A stretch of 64,000 bases of DNA, from positions 371,408 through 435,407 of the forward strand of contig NIVC01000838.1 in assembly GCA_002269645.1 (NCBI GenBank), in the 5' to 3' direction. The notes beneath the pieces were generated by a model. It ran no database searches. It was not told the origin of the DNA and saw nothing but the letters and a program-made list of their open reading frames with translations. The translations under genes were made by a program, and so were the position numbers. This DNA is from Macrostomum lignano. Lineage: Eukaryota. Shown in pieces: positions 24,930 to 36,207 of this stretch. Each line of letters begins with the position of its first letter. Position 1 is the first letter of the stretch.

Positions 24930-27900
24930 TCACTGGCAGCCGCATGCCAGCGCCACCATGTCGTCGTACTGCTTCAGCACCACTCGCTCGTTGTCGTCAT
25001 AGTACAGCATGTTGAGAACGTCCAGCTTGCTGGGGACGCAGCAGGGCTTCGGCACGGGGCTGCTGATGATGGGGCCCAGGTGGTTCATGATGCTCTGCAC
25101 CACCGCGTGGTTGCTGGGGTGGAACTGCTGGCCCAGCGGGAACGGGCACTGCCCGCTGCAGAAGAAGGCGTTGAAGCCCGACGGCCCGATGATCCACTCG
25201 TCCCAGCCGACCGTGGCGAAGTCCACCTGCATGGGGTAGCGCCGGCAGCTCACGCTGTGCATCGGAGAAGTCGCCGACTCGGAACTGGCGGCGGCGGCGG
25301 CAGATTCTGCGGTGCCGACTGAGCGGCGACTTCGCCGATGGCGACTGGACGGGATAGCGAAGCCGCCGCTGTAGACGCTGGCGTAGCGATTCGGGTCGAA
25401 AGAGTCGAATGCTCGGTTGAAGGAGTTGTTCTCTGCGCAGGTGTCGTTTGAGGTGTGCGGGTTTTATGCAAAATCCCTGACCTAAATTTGACCCAAAACT
25501 GAGCCAACCCTGAACGAACTCTAATAAAACTTGACTCAACCCCTGACCAAGTATTGACCCAAACTAAATGGGACCGTGACCCAACTCTGACCTAGCCTTG
25601 ATCCTGACATCCAGACTTAAAATGGAACTTTGACCCAAAACTCATCCAAACCTGCCCAACCCTGATTCAAGTCTGACCCAAGTCTGACCCAAACGTGACT
25701 CAACCTTGACCCAAACCTGATTCAACCTTGACCCAACCCTGACTCAACTCTGACCCAAGTCTGACCCAAACGTAACTCAACCTTGACCCAAACCCGATTC
25801 AACCTTGATCCAACCCTGACGCAGCCCTAATGAAACCATGACTCAACCCTGACCCAACCCTGACCCAACCCTGACCAAACCCTGACACAACCCTGACCCA
25901 ACCCTGACCCAACTCTGACCCAACCCTGACCCAACCCTGACCCTGACCCAGCCTTAATGAAACCTTCACCCAACACTGACCCAACCCTGATCCAATCAAG
26001 ACCTGGGCTCACCTAGTTCGGGCCGGTTATGCTTTCTCTCGCCATCGGAAGCGTACACCATCAGTGCCGGCTGCAGGACGTCCCTATTCTCGCCGCGTTG
26101 GACGAAGCCGAGCCGGCTGGGCGGGACCGGGTCGCCATTCGCGTAGTAGGCAAACACGGCGAGACCTACGGGATTCCGGGGTTCGTGGCGTGACACTTTG
26201 GCTTATCAGTTAGCCCTGAAACAACACCCCCTTCGCTGCCAGCCAATCAGCGTTCGAGTACCGGAGCTTTTCAATCCCCCCTACCTCAGACTGCACCCAC
26301 CCTTCCGCTGCCAACCAATCAGAGTTCGATTACCGGAGCTTTTCAACCCCCCCCCCTACCCCAGACTGCACCAACTCCCTCCGCTGCCAGCCAATCAGAG
26401 TTCGAGTACCGGAGCTTTTCAATCCTTCTACCCCAGTCTGCACCAACCCCCTCCGCTGCCAGCCAATCAGAGTTCGAGTACCGGAGCTTTTCGATCCCCC
26501 TACCCCAGTCTGCACCAACCCCCTCCGCTGCCAGCCAATCAGAGTTCGAGTACCGGAGCTTTTCGATCCCCCTACCCCAGACTGCACCAACTCCCTCCGC
26601 TGCCAGCCAATCAGAGTTCGAGTACCGCAGCTTTTTAATCCTTCCACCCCAGTCTGCACCAACCCCCTCCGCTGCCAGCCAATCAGAGTTCGAGTACCGG
26701 AGCTTTTCAATCCCCCTACCCCAGTCTGCACCAACCCCCTCCGCTGCCAGCCAATCAGAGTTCGAGTACCGGAGCTTTTCAATCCCCCTACCCCAGTCTG
26801 CACCAACCCCCTCCGCTGCCAGCCAATCAGAGTTCGAGTACCGGAGCTTTTCAATCCCCCTACCCCAGTCTGCACCAACCCCCTCCGCTGCCAGCCAATC
26901 AGAGTTCTTGAAGGCAGCAAACAGACTCACCGTGATTCGAGCCGCCCGAGGACTCCAACCAGCTCAATGCGGCCTGGCTGACCTGGAACACAACCCAGCC
27001 GCGGTAATCGACGGGCAGCAGCTTCTGCGACAGCAGGATGTTGCCGTAAGGTGTGCTGCGACGCCTAGGATCTGTTACCTGGTACAGCTTCAACTGGAAA
27101 CGGTGAGGCATAAATTCACATATTTTACATGGAGATACTGATAAGAAAAGTTATAGTGTAGATTCCGAGAAAGCCTCCCAGAGCAACAAATTCACATAAT
27201 CCGTTTTGTTCACAGAACCAGATAGAGCTGAACTGTTACATAAGTATAATGAGTCACATTCATACCCAATACACAGCTATCAAAGAAGTGTCTAAGGCTA
27301 TATCCGAAATTCACACATCACAGATTCCATATCCCCGATTCTCAGGATCCCAGATCAAAGAATCCTGACTTACAGAATCCCGATTCACAAAAGCCTAATT
27401 CACAGAATCTCGATTCACAGAGTTCCAGTTTACAGAATCCAGATTCACAGAGTCCTGATTCGCAGAATCCCGATTCACAGAATTCGAATTCACAGAATCC
27501 TGATTCATAGAACCCTTTTTCACGGAATTTCGATTCACAGAAAGCTTTTTCACAGAATCCTAATTCACAGAATCCCAATTCACAGAATCCCAATTCACAG
27601 AATCCTAATTCACAGAATCCCAATTCACAGAATCCCAATTCACAGAATCCCAATTCACAGAATCCCAATTCACAGAATCCTCATTCACAGAATCCTAATT
27701 CGCAGAATCCTAATTCACAAAATCCTAATTCACAGAATCCCAATTCACAGAATCCTAATTCACAGAATCCCAATTCACAGAATCCTAATTCACAGAATCC
27801 CAATTCACAGAATCCCGATTCAAATAATCCTAATTCACAGAATCCTAACTCACAGAATCCCGGTTTGCAAAATCCCAATTCCCAGAATCCCAATTCCCAG

Positions 27901-30767
27901 AATCCCAATTCACACAATTCTGATTCGCAGAATCCTGATTAACAACGCCACAGAAGCTTCACCTTGATAATTCTAGATGGCGGCGGACGCTGCGCGGGCG
28001 CCTCACGACGATGCCGCCTGGAACGGACGGAAGGCGCTCTGAACAGGTGCAAGTCGGCATACCGGATGTCACTCTGGTAAGGCAGTCTGGTGAGGTTGTA
28101 CGAGTAGAAAGTCTGACTCCCTGGCGCTGCGGGAGATACAAAATTTTGGGACGTGGCAATTATAAAATCATTGAATCATGGCAATTAAAACGGCTATAGG
28201 GGCGCTCACGGAAATCGAACCAATGGACATTAACCGCATAGAGACAGCACCCCAATCTCATGTCAGACAGGTGCAATCTCAGAATCACAGGTGCAATCTC
28301 ACAATCAGACAGGTGCAATCTCAGTCAGACAGGTGCAATCTCAGTCAGACAGGTGCGATCTCAGAATCACAGGTGCAATCTCACAATCAGACAGGTGCAA
28401 TCTCACAATCAGACAGGTGCAATCTCACAATCAGACAGGTGCAATCTCACAGCCAGACAGGTGCCACTGTGAGATCAGTCAGACAGGTGCAATCTCACAG
28501 TCAGACAGGTGCCACAATCTCACAGTCAGACAGGTGCCACAAGCTCACAGTCAGACAGGTGCCACAAGCTCACAGTCAGACAGGTGCCACAATCTCACAA
28601 TCAGACAGGTGCAATCTCACAGCCAGACAGGTGCCACTGTGAGATCAGTCAGACAGGTGCAATCTCACAGTCAGACAGGTGCCACAATCTCACAGTCAGA
28701 CAGGTGCCACAATCTCATAGTCAGACAGGTGCCACAAGCTCACAGTCAGACAGGTGCCACAAGCTCACAGTCAGACAGGTGCCACAAGCTCACAGTCAGA
28801 CAGGTGCCACAAGCTCACAGTCAGACAGGTGCCACAATCTCATAGTCAGACAGGTGCCACAATCTCACAGTCAGACAGGTGCCACAAGCTCACAGTCAGA
28901 CAGGTGCCACAAGCTCACAGTCAGACAGGTGCCACAATCTCACAGTCAGACAGGTGCCACAAGCTCACAGTCAGACAGGTGCCACAAGCTCACAGTCAGA
29001 CAGGTGCCACAATCTCACAGTCAGACAGGTGCCACAAGCTCACAGTCAGACAGGTGCCACAAGCTCACAGTCAGACAGGTGCCACAAGCTCACAGTCAGA
29101 CAGGTGCCACAATCTCACAGTCAGACAGGTGCCACAAGCTCACAGTCAGACAGGTGCCACAAGCTCACAGTCAGACAGGTGCCACAAGCTCACAGTCAGA
29201 CAGGTGCCACAATCTCACAGTCAGACAGGTGCCACAATCTCACAGTCAGACAGGTGCCACAAGCTCACAGTCAGACAGGTGCCACAAGCTCACAGTCAGA
29301 CAGGTGCCACAAGCTCACAGTCAGACAGGTGCCACAAGCTCACAGTCAGACAGGTGCCACAAGCTCACAGTCAGACAGGTGCCACAAGCTCACAGTCAGA
29401 CAGGTGCAATCTCACAGTCAGACAGGTGCCACAAGCTCACAGTCAGACAGGTGCCACAAGCTCACAGTCAGACAGGTGCCAAAATCTCATAGTCAGACAG
29501 GTGCCACAATCTCACAGTCAGACAGGTGCCACAATCTCATAGTCAGACAGGTGCAATCTCACAGTCAGACAGGTGCCACAAGCTCACAGTCAGACAGGTG
29601 CCACAAGCTCACAGTCAGACAGGTGCCACAAGCTCACAGTCAGACAGGTGCCACAAGCTCACAGTCAGACAGGTGCCACAATCTCACAGTCAGACAGGTG
29701 CCACAAGCTCACAGTCAGACAGGTGCCACAAGCTCACAGTCAGACAGGTGCAATCCCACAGTCAGACAGGTGCCACAAGCTCACAGTCAGACAGGTGCCA
29801 CAAGCTCACAGTCAGACAGGTGCCACAAGCTCACAGTCAGACAGGTGCCACAAGCTCACAGTCAGACAGGTGCAATCTCACAGTCAGACAGGTGCCACAA
29901 GCTCACAGTCAGACAGGTGCCACAAGCTCACAGTCAGACAGGTGCCACAAGCTCACAGTCAGACAGGTGCCACAATCTCACAGTCAGACAGGTGCCACAA
30001 GCTCACAGTCAGACAGGTGCCACAAGCTCACAGTCAGACAGGTGCAATCTCACAGTCAGACAGGTGCCACAAGCTCACAGTCAGACAGGTGCCACAAGCT
30101 CACAGTCAGACAGGTGCCACAAGCTCACAGTCAGACAGGTGCCACAAGCTCACAGTCAGACAGGTGCAATCTCACAGTCAGACAGGTGCCACAAGCTCAC
30201 AGTCAGACAGGTGCCACAAGCTCACAGTCAGACAGGTGCCACAAGCTCACAGTCAGACAGGTGCCACAAGCTCACAGTCAGACAGGTGCCACAAGCTCAC
30301 AGTCAGACAGGTGCCACAAGCTCACAGTCAGACAGGTGCCACAAGCTCACAGTCAGACAGGTGCCACAAGCTCACAGTCAGACAGGTGCCACAAGCTCAC
30401 AGTCAGACAGGTGCCACAAGCTCACAGTCAGACAGGTGCCACAATCTCATAGTCAGACAGGTGCCACAAGCTCACCCCAGTCAGCGTAGGCCACCACCGA
30501 GTCCGAATGATACGGCACCGCCCGGACGGCCCGGCCGTCCCTCTCTGACACCGAGTCGTACAATCGACGCAGGAACAGCGGCGCTGCGGTGCTGCTTCGC
30601 AGGTGTGCTGGCACCTTCTTGATGCCAAGCAGCTTGGCCAAGCTGTTCAACGGATCGTTCCGATGCCGCGGGCGCGACGCTGTCGGTGACGTCAGCACGG
30701 ACCGAGTGAGGAGAAGAAGACCCAGCAGTGGAATGAGTAGGGAAAGCAGGAGTGGAAGTTTAGCCAT
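24930..30767 (-). CDS. admp: BMP/TGF-beta family ligand, ADMP-like, 5 exons, about 441 aa after repairing one probable 1-nt deletion
   Basis: Exons 30476-30767 (signal peptide MAKLPLLLSLLIPLLGLLLL), 27963-28126 (FYSYNLTRLP..IRYADLHLFR), 26931-27093 (GWVVFQV..SNHG), 26013-26215 (QPALMVYASDG; 203 nt, one short) and 24930-25432 (furin site RHRRSRR and a 7-cysteine mature domain). CPFPLGQ, NHAVVQSI and VVLKQYDDMVA resemble ADMP rather than BMP2/4 as I recall them. Family assignment is secure; the ortholog call needs a tree. Confidence 0.8.
25480..25995. repeat. ~11-bp repeat in ADMP intron 4 (CCCTGACCCAA)
   Basis: Direct reading. Confidence 0.88.
26236..26905. repeat. 72-bp minisatellite in ADMP intron 3, 10 copies, each with RRCCAATCAG
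   Basis: The CCAATCAG motif recurs at 72-nt spacing (e.g. 26461, 26533 ... 26821, 26893). Confidence 0.95.
27350..27940. repeat. 15-bp minisatellite in ADMP intron 2 (CAGAATCCCAATTCA)
   Basis: Direct reading; explains the FCELG ORFs. Confidence 0.93.
28255..30475. repeat. 25-bp minisatellite filling ADMP intron 1 (sense unit GTGAGCTTGTGGCACCTGTCTGACT, with 22-bp variants), about 90 copies
   Basis: Direct reading; the terminal unit supplies the real splice donor at 30475. Confidence 0.96.
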
Positions 30768-32409
30768 TGAGCAAACTAAACTGTGGCAGTTTCTATCGAT
30801 TCTCTTCAGCGAATATAATTCAGGAGAAATGTGAATCGAGACGAGCAGAAATGTTATTGAGATATAAGCTGCTGTGTCGTCACAGGATACGCAAAAGCAG
30901 CGAGCGGTTTCTCTATTTTTCTCTGTCTCTCTTTCCGCAGATTTTTCTCTTCCTGTCCCCCTGTCAATTTAGGCAGCTCCGCGTCTGCCGGGCCATTGTC
31001 TCCGTGTATCTGTCTATATCATTGCGGCCGAAGCTCGGGGCGGAGGGGGTTGGCCGGCCCCAGCTGGCGCCAGAGTGTCTGCCGAGTCGCCCCAAGTGAG
31101 AGAGAGAGGAATTCCTCTGCCGAGAATAATAATAATAATTCTAGCAGGCTCCGAGGCTCTAGGTGCCGTATATGCTCAATAACAGGAGCGACGATCGTTA
31201 GTCTGCGCGTGCTGATTCTCCGACTAAATGCGGCTAGGGCCAGCATCACGCGCCTCATCGTTTTGAAGAGAAATTCGAGACCCCAGCATTTAGAGGGTAG
31301 GGGGTGGGTAATTCAGGCGGTGAGGCACGTTTTCCAGTTGAGGTGGGACAGGAGAGAGAGAGAGAGGGCTGAGCTGCGGCCTTATGGCGGCAACGAAGAC
31401 AGGGGCTTCCCAGGTTTGCCAACACCGACTAAAACTCGTCATCATCTCTTTATTTCACTTTTTTCTCAAGCAATGGGAGACTTCAAGCCCTGTTCAGGCC
31501 AATCTCTCTCAGGACCCCCTTCAGCGAGAGGAGCTCCCACGGTGTCGCGCGGGAGACCCAATACGAGAAGGACCAACTAACTTTCACTTTTAGTCTCTAA
31601 ATAAGCGGTCGAGTTTTCCTATTTTCAAGCGCAGTTTCTTTGGCAACTCAAGTTGCCGTTCTGAAACCGGTTTGCTCTCCATCTGGAGCTTTACGACCCG
31701 TCGTACGAGTCTGTTTTATGTTTATTGCGAGGTGCGAAAATCGTCAAGTTGAAGAAAAAAAACTTTCCTGGTGTGACAAAAAAGTCAGATTACCAAACCG
31801 CCCACCAACTAACGTACCGAATTCAAACGCCCAAGCTCTCAAGGTTGAGCCCTATCGCCCGCCCAGTTGCAAGAAAATGCAATTTATGGTTAGGCAGCTT
31901 CAAGCCCTAATAAGGCAACCCCTGCAATAGAAAAACAATGGAGAAAGAGAACAAAGAATTAGGCGATAGTAACGAAAACCGCCATCAAGCACGCAACGGT
32001 GCCAAAATGGAATTCTGTTATTTTGTTAGCGCAGGCCTCGGTGCTTATTTGATGGCTTCTGATAATAAATTAGCTTTGTAGTTTCTAAAAATTGTTGCTT
32101 AGCATGCTACTGTGAGTAGCAAGTCCGACTTTGGTTAATCGCATCGCTATGGCTGAAGGCGAGCCGCCTCAGCGGCAGTCTGCTGGCATCGCTGAATCCG
32201 TCGCATCGTCAGTTCGGCCAGCAGAGCCAGAAAGCCCAGGCAGACGCCGAGAATGGGCAGCACAAAGATGCCGCTGATGGAGCTGAGCTTCAGACCTGCG
32301 GTTGAGGTTTTGCCAATCAGAGGTTGGAATCGAACGTGAGGAAATGAGGGCTAATCTTGGCCTAGTCTTTAAAATGTTGCTTGGTGCATGCAAACGAGAG
32401 TCAACGTGT

Positions 32410-32737
32410 CGCGTCGTGTCGTGGTTGCATACCAGCGGCCCAGGCTCGATTCCAAGTGCAGTCACATTAATATGGGGCTAAACTGTAATCGCAGCTTGGC
32501 TCTGCTCGTGCAATTAACGACCCTGAGGGCCAACCCCCAAGGCGCAGTAAAGTGTACATGCCTAACGATAAATAAAGTTAGGGCCACTGTACCCTCCTGT
32601 GTGAGTGTGTGCCTGTGCGTGTGACTGCGTACGTATGCGCGCTTTTGTGCCTGCTCAGGGGAGTCGGCGGAATTGGCAGTAATGCCTCTCGCCGGTTGTG
32701 GAACAATGTCGCTTAAAGTGCGCCAGGGTAGCATCAC
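32410..32737 (+). mobile_element. tRNA-derived SINE (same family as 53601-53962), 5' end diverged
   Basis: Box B-like GGCTCGATTCC at 32443 followed by about 280 nt closely matching the 53.6-kb copy. Confidence 0.85.
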
Positions 32738-32987
32738 AGTTGACATGACATTGAATAAGAACTCGACATGATCAATCAGGCCTAGCACTTGATTTCCATG
32801 CTCACCAATTGACCTGGCATCAGCAGGACAATTGACATGGCCGCTGTTCCACCACTGCATTTTTAGTGTCTCCAGCGTTCGATCCTGCTGCATCTGGAGG
32901 ATTCTGAAACGCATTAAGCAAGTTTTAAGAGCGATCAGTTTGAAATGAAAAAGCCAATCTGACCCTTTGCAAGAAGCTTAATTTATA

Positions 32988-33478
32988 CTCAGCAACAGTC
33001 AAAAGTTCCACCCTCCAAGCGAGATGAAAATTTTCTCAATTATTGCGACAACTTCTCACTCACAATTCGACTCTCAAGTTATGCAACAAAGCCGCCGCGA
33101 TGAAGGGAAAGTTGATTGAATCAGTAATAAACGTCTTTTAAACGTATTTTTTATGCAATATGCAGTTGGAATCGCGATGTTTAATAACCCGTGTGAGATC
33201 CCCTCGCATGCAGAAGTGCGGCGACTCTGCGGGGAAGGGGAAGGCTGCCAAGCGTTTTCAATGGCATGTCGCAGCTCCGCAACATTCTTGTTGAATTCTC
33301 CGCTGCATTGTTGAAGTCCCACAATTCGATGGGATTCATGTCTGAGGACCGGGGAGGCCAGCGCAAAGTGCGCAGCTGTAGCTGTTCTTTCAATTCTCGC
33401 GTGCTGTAAGTTGCGTCACTCGCAATAAGTGAGAAAAATTAATCTCGCTTGGAGGGTGGAACTTTTGATGTTGCTGAG
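32988..33478 (-). mobile_element. Tc1/mariner internal-deletion derivative
   Basis: About 60-bp imperfect TIRs (CTCAGCAACA-TCAAAAGTTCCACCCTCCAAGCGAGAT...), TA on both flanks, and an internal transposase C-terminal remnant WPPRSSDMNPIELW...PRRVAALLHARGSHTGY. Confidence 0.9.
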
Positions 33479-33884
33479 TAACTGATCCCAGTCCAATGCA
33501 ACAGTAGCTGTCGCTTAATATCAGTTCTGAGCTGCTAACGCCTCAGGTTGTCACGGCAATGACGCTAGTATCTGAGGAGGTGAAACGGCCAGAGCTGGTA
33601 CGGGAGGCATGATGCAGCCAGAAGCCACCCGGCCGAGCATCCGAAGCGCTTCGCGGGTCAACTGCGGCTTGGTTCAGATGCGCCCAGAGTACACATGGAC
33701 ACGTCCCCGATGCTGGAATAGCAGGGAGTTCGGAGACAGTTGGAGTTACAGCTGTTTGACCTCTCCTTCTTCGACTGCCAGTGAAATCGTGGTGTTCCTC
33801 TGGCTCTGTGTTAGTAGCTTTGGTTATTGTGCACGTGTTAGTGTTTGACTGCCTTGTTAGTTAGCAAAGCTGCTTCTGTGTAGT

Positions 33885-34270
33885 TGTCTGCTTCTGTGTT
33901 AGTTGAGTCTGCTCTTGATAGTTTTGCTTCTCTGCTGTGTTATCTGCTTCTGTGTTGTCTGCTTCTGTGTTAGTTGTCTGCTTCTGTGTTAGTTGTCTGC
34001 TTCTGTGTTAGTTATCTGCTTCTGTGTTAGTTGTCTGCTTCTGTGTTAGTTGTCTGCTTCTGTGATAGTTGTCTGCTTCTGTGTTAGTTATGTGCTTCTG
34101 TGTTAGTTGTCTGCTTCTGTGTTAGTTGTCTGCTTCTGTGTTAGTTGTCTGCTTCTGTGTTAGTTGTCTGCTTCTGTGTTAGTTGTCTGCTTCTGTGTTA
34201 GTTATCTGCTTCTGTGTTAGTTGTCTGCTTCTGTGTTAGTTATCTGCTTCTGTGATAGTTGTCTGCTTCT
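33885..34270. repeat. 19-bp minisatellite (GTTGTCTGCTTCTGTGTTA)
   Basis: Direct reading. Confidence 0.93.
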
Positions 34271-34273
34271 AAG

Positions 34274-34320
34274 CAAGGACTTCTAGACTAGAATGTCAGA
34301 AGTTAGTCTAGAAGTCCTTG
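34274..34320. mobile_element. 47-bp hAT-like micro-MITE
   Basis: Perfect 17-bp TIRs (CAAGGACTTCTAGACTA / TAGTCTAGAAGTCCTTG), a 13-nt centre and a perfect 8-bp flanking direct repeat CTTCTAAG at 34266-34273 and 34321-34328. Confidence 0.7.
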
Positions 34321-34884
34321 CTTCTAAGTTAGTTATGATTCAATAGACTCCACATGGTACTCCTGTAGGCCGATGCCCGAAGGTCCAGACACGAGTCCGG
34401 GTCCGGAGAGGAAGCTAAAAACTCTGCCTCATTCACAACACAAAGGCTTCAACAACTCACTTTTCCACCGGATTCTGAGACTTCATTACTCGGTGGCGGG
34501 GGGCGATTGCGGAAGCTGCAGGGGCTGAACCGGTCGAATAGAGTCACCAGAAGCGCCGTGGTCAGCAGGGCTGCGCCCAGGCAGGCCCAGAGCTCCGGCC
34601 GCAGAGCCCTGGCAAATAAGAAGCCATCATTGAAGCTGACAGAGTTGGCACTCGAATCGGGCGCCGCCACCAACAACTGCAGGCCGACAAAATCGTAGCA
34701 CGGCAGCGTCATGTCCACGGAGCGGCGCCGCTCCGATGAGATGGAGATCGGCCCGATGCCGATGTCAGCCTCCTTTGAGTGACAGTTTTATGAAGCACAA
34801 AATTGCATGACAACCTCCTGACCAGTTTTTCGTGCACAATAGCCTCAAATGAATGTGTTTGTGTGGAAATTTATTGTGTGAAGC

Positions 34885-35110
34885 GTCAGGGGTTCGATTC
34901 TCGACCCAGCCGGAACAATTTGTGTCCTTGAGCAAGACACTTAACTCTGCATCGCTTCAGTTCACCCAGCTGTAAAATTGGTGCCAGCATTAGCTGGGAT
35001 AATTGAGGGTGTGTGGCGACCCTCCCAGTCCTTGGACTGAACAGCCGTACGCAGCCTTCAGATGCGCCGCGCAATAGCTGCGGCTGAGCTGTCGGTTGCA
35101 CATCTGCCCA
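34885..35110 (+). mobile_element. CORE-type SINE, 5'-truncated
   Basis: Box B GGTTCGATTCT followed by TGTGTCCTTGAGCAAGACACTTAAC...TTCACCCAGCTGTAAAATTGGTGCC, matching the CORE-domain pattern as I recall it. Confidence 0.7.
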
Positions 35111-35276
35111 GGTATGTGATTTTTCCGTGATGCACCAACAAGTTTGTCAAGAAAAAAGTTCTAACAAAAGTTTTGGAGAGCGACGACGCTTAACTACAGT
35201 TGTGTTTTTTGTAAACGGAGTTCCCGGAGAATCGTTTTTTGCATAGCACTGAATGGCCTGGGGTTTCGCCACGGGC

Positions 35277-36207
35277 AAGGTGTTGGCAAACTTTTTCCTA
35301 CCTAAAGGGCCAGATAGAGAACCCAGAGCATGATGCGGGCCGGAGGAAGGAAGAGGAGAGGAAATAAAGAAGAAGGAAGGGAGATATGAGAAAGGAGAGG
35401 CCAGAGAATACTGGAAAAAAGAGGAGGCCAGAGGAGAAGATAAACGAATTAGGAGAGAAGAGAAGAGGAGAGGAGAGGAGAGGAGAGAAGAGGAGAGGAG
35501 AGGAGAGGAGAGAAGAGGAGAGGAGAGAAGAGGAGAGGAGAGAAGAGGAGAGAGGGAGAGGAGGAAGGAGGAGAAGAGAGAAGAGAGGAGAGAAGAGAAT
35601 AGATGAGAGGAATTAGGAGAGGAGAGAAGAGGAGAGAGGGAGAGGAGGGAGAAGAGAGGAAGGATCGAGAGGAGAGGAAAGGAGAGGAGAGAAGAGAGGA
35701 GAGGAGAGGAGAGGAAAGGAGAGGAGAGAAGAGAGGAGAGGAGAGGAGAGGAGAGAAGAGAGGAGAGGAGAGGAGAGGAGAGGAAAGGAGAGGAGAGAAG
35801 AGAGGAGATGATCGAGAGGAGAGGAGAGGAGAGGAGAGGAGAGGAGAGGAGAGGAGAGGAGAGGAGAGGAGAGGAGAGGAGAGGAGAGAGAGGAGAGGAG
35901 AGGAGAGGAGAGGAGAGGAGAGGAGAGGAAAGGAGAGAAGAGAGGAGAGGAGAGGAGAGAGGAGAGGAGAGGAGAGGAGAGAAGAGAGGAGATGATCGAG
36001 AGGAGAGGAGAGGTGAGGAGAGGAGAGGAGAGGAGAGCAGAGGAGAAGAGAAGAGGAGAGAAGAGAGGAGATTAGAGAGAAGAGCTCGAGACTCACACAG
36101 ACATTGAGCGGGCCGGATTGCTATTGTGAAGTTTCAAAGGACCCGAGGGCCGGACAGAGAGGCTATCGGGCTGCATGTGGTCGCTGACTGGAGTTTGCCG
36201 ACCCCTG
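35277..36207. mobile_element. hAT/Charlie-like MITE with an internal (GGAGA)n expansion
   Basis: Left end AAGGTGTTGGCAAACTTTTT..AAAGGGCCAGATAG and right end GTTTGCCGACCCCTG (= CAGGGGTCGGCAAAC); GCGGGCCGGA motifs on both sides of the microsatellite; TSD only 5/8 matching. Confidence 0.6.
35400..36080. repeat. (GGAGA)n microsatellite
   Basis: Direct reading; explains the EERRG and SPLLS ORFs. Confidence 0.95.

Noticed and set aside
23242-30622. Long ORFs made of RICFFQNLLLPESASS, FCELG and SQTGATSSQSDRCHKLTVRQVPQAH repeats
   Set aside because: Translations of 16-, 15- and 25-bp minisatellites; the last two lie in ADMP introns.
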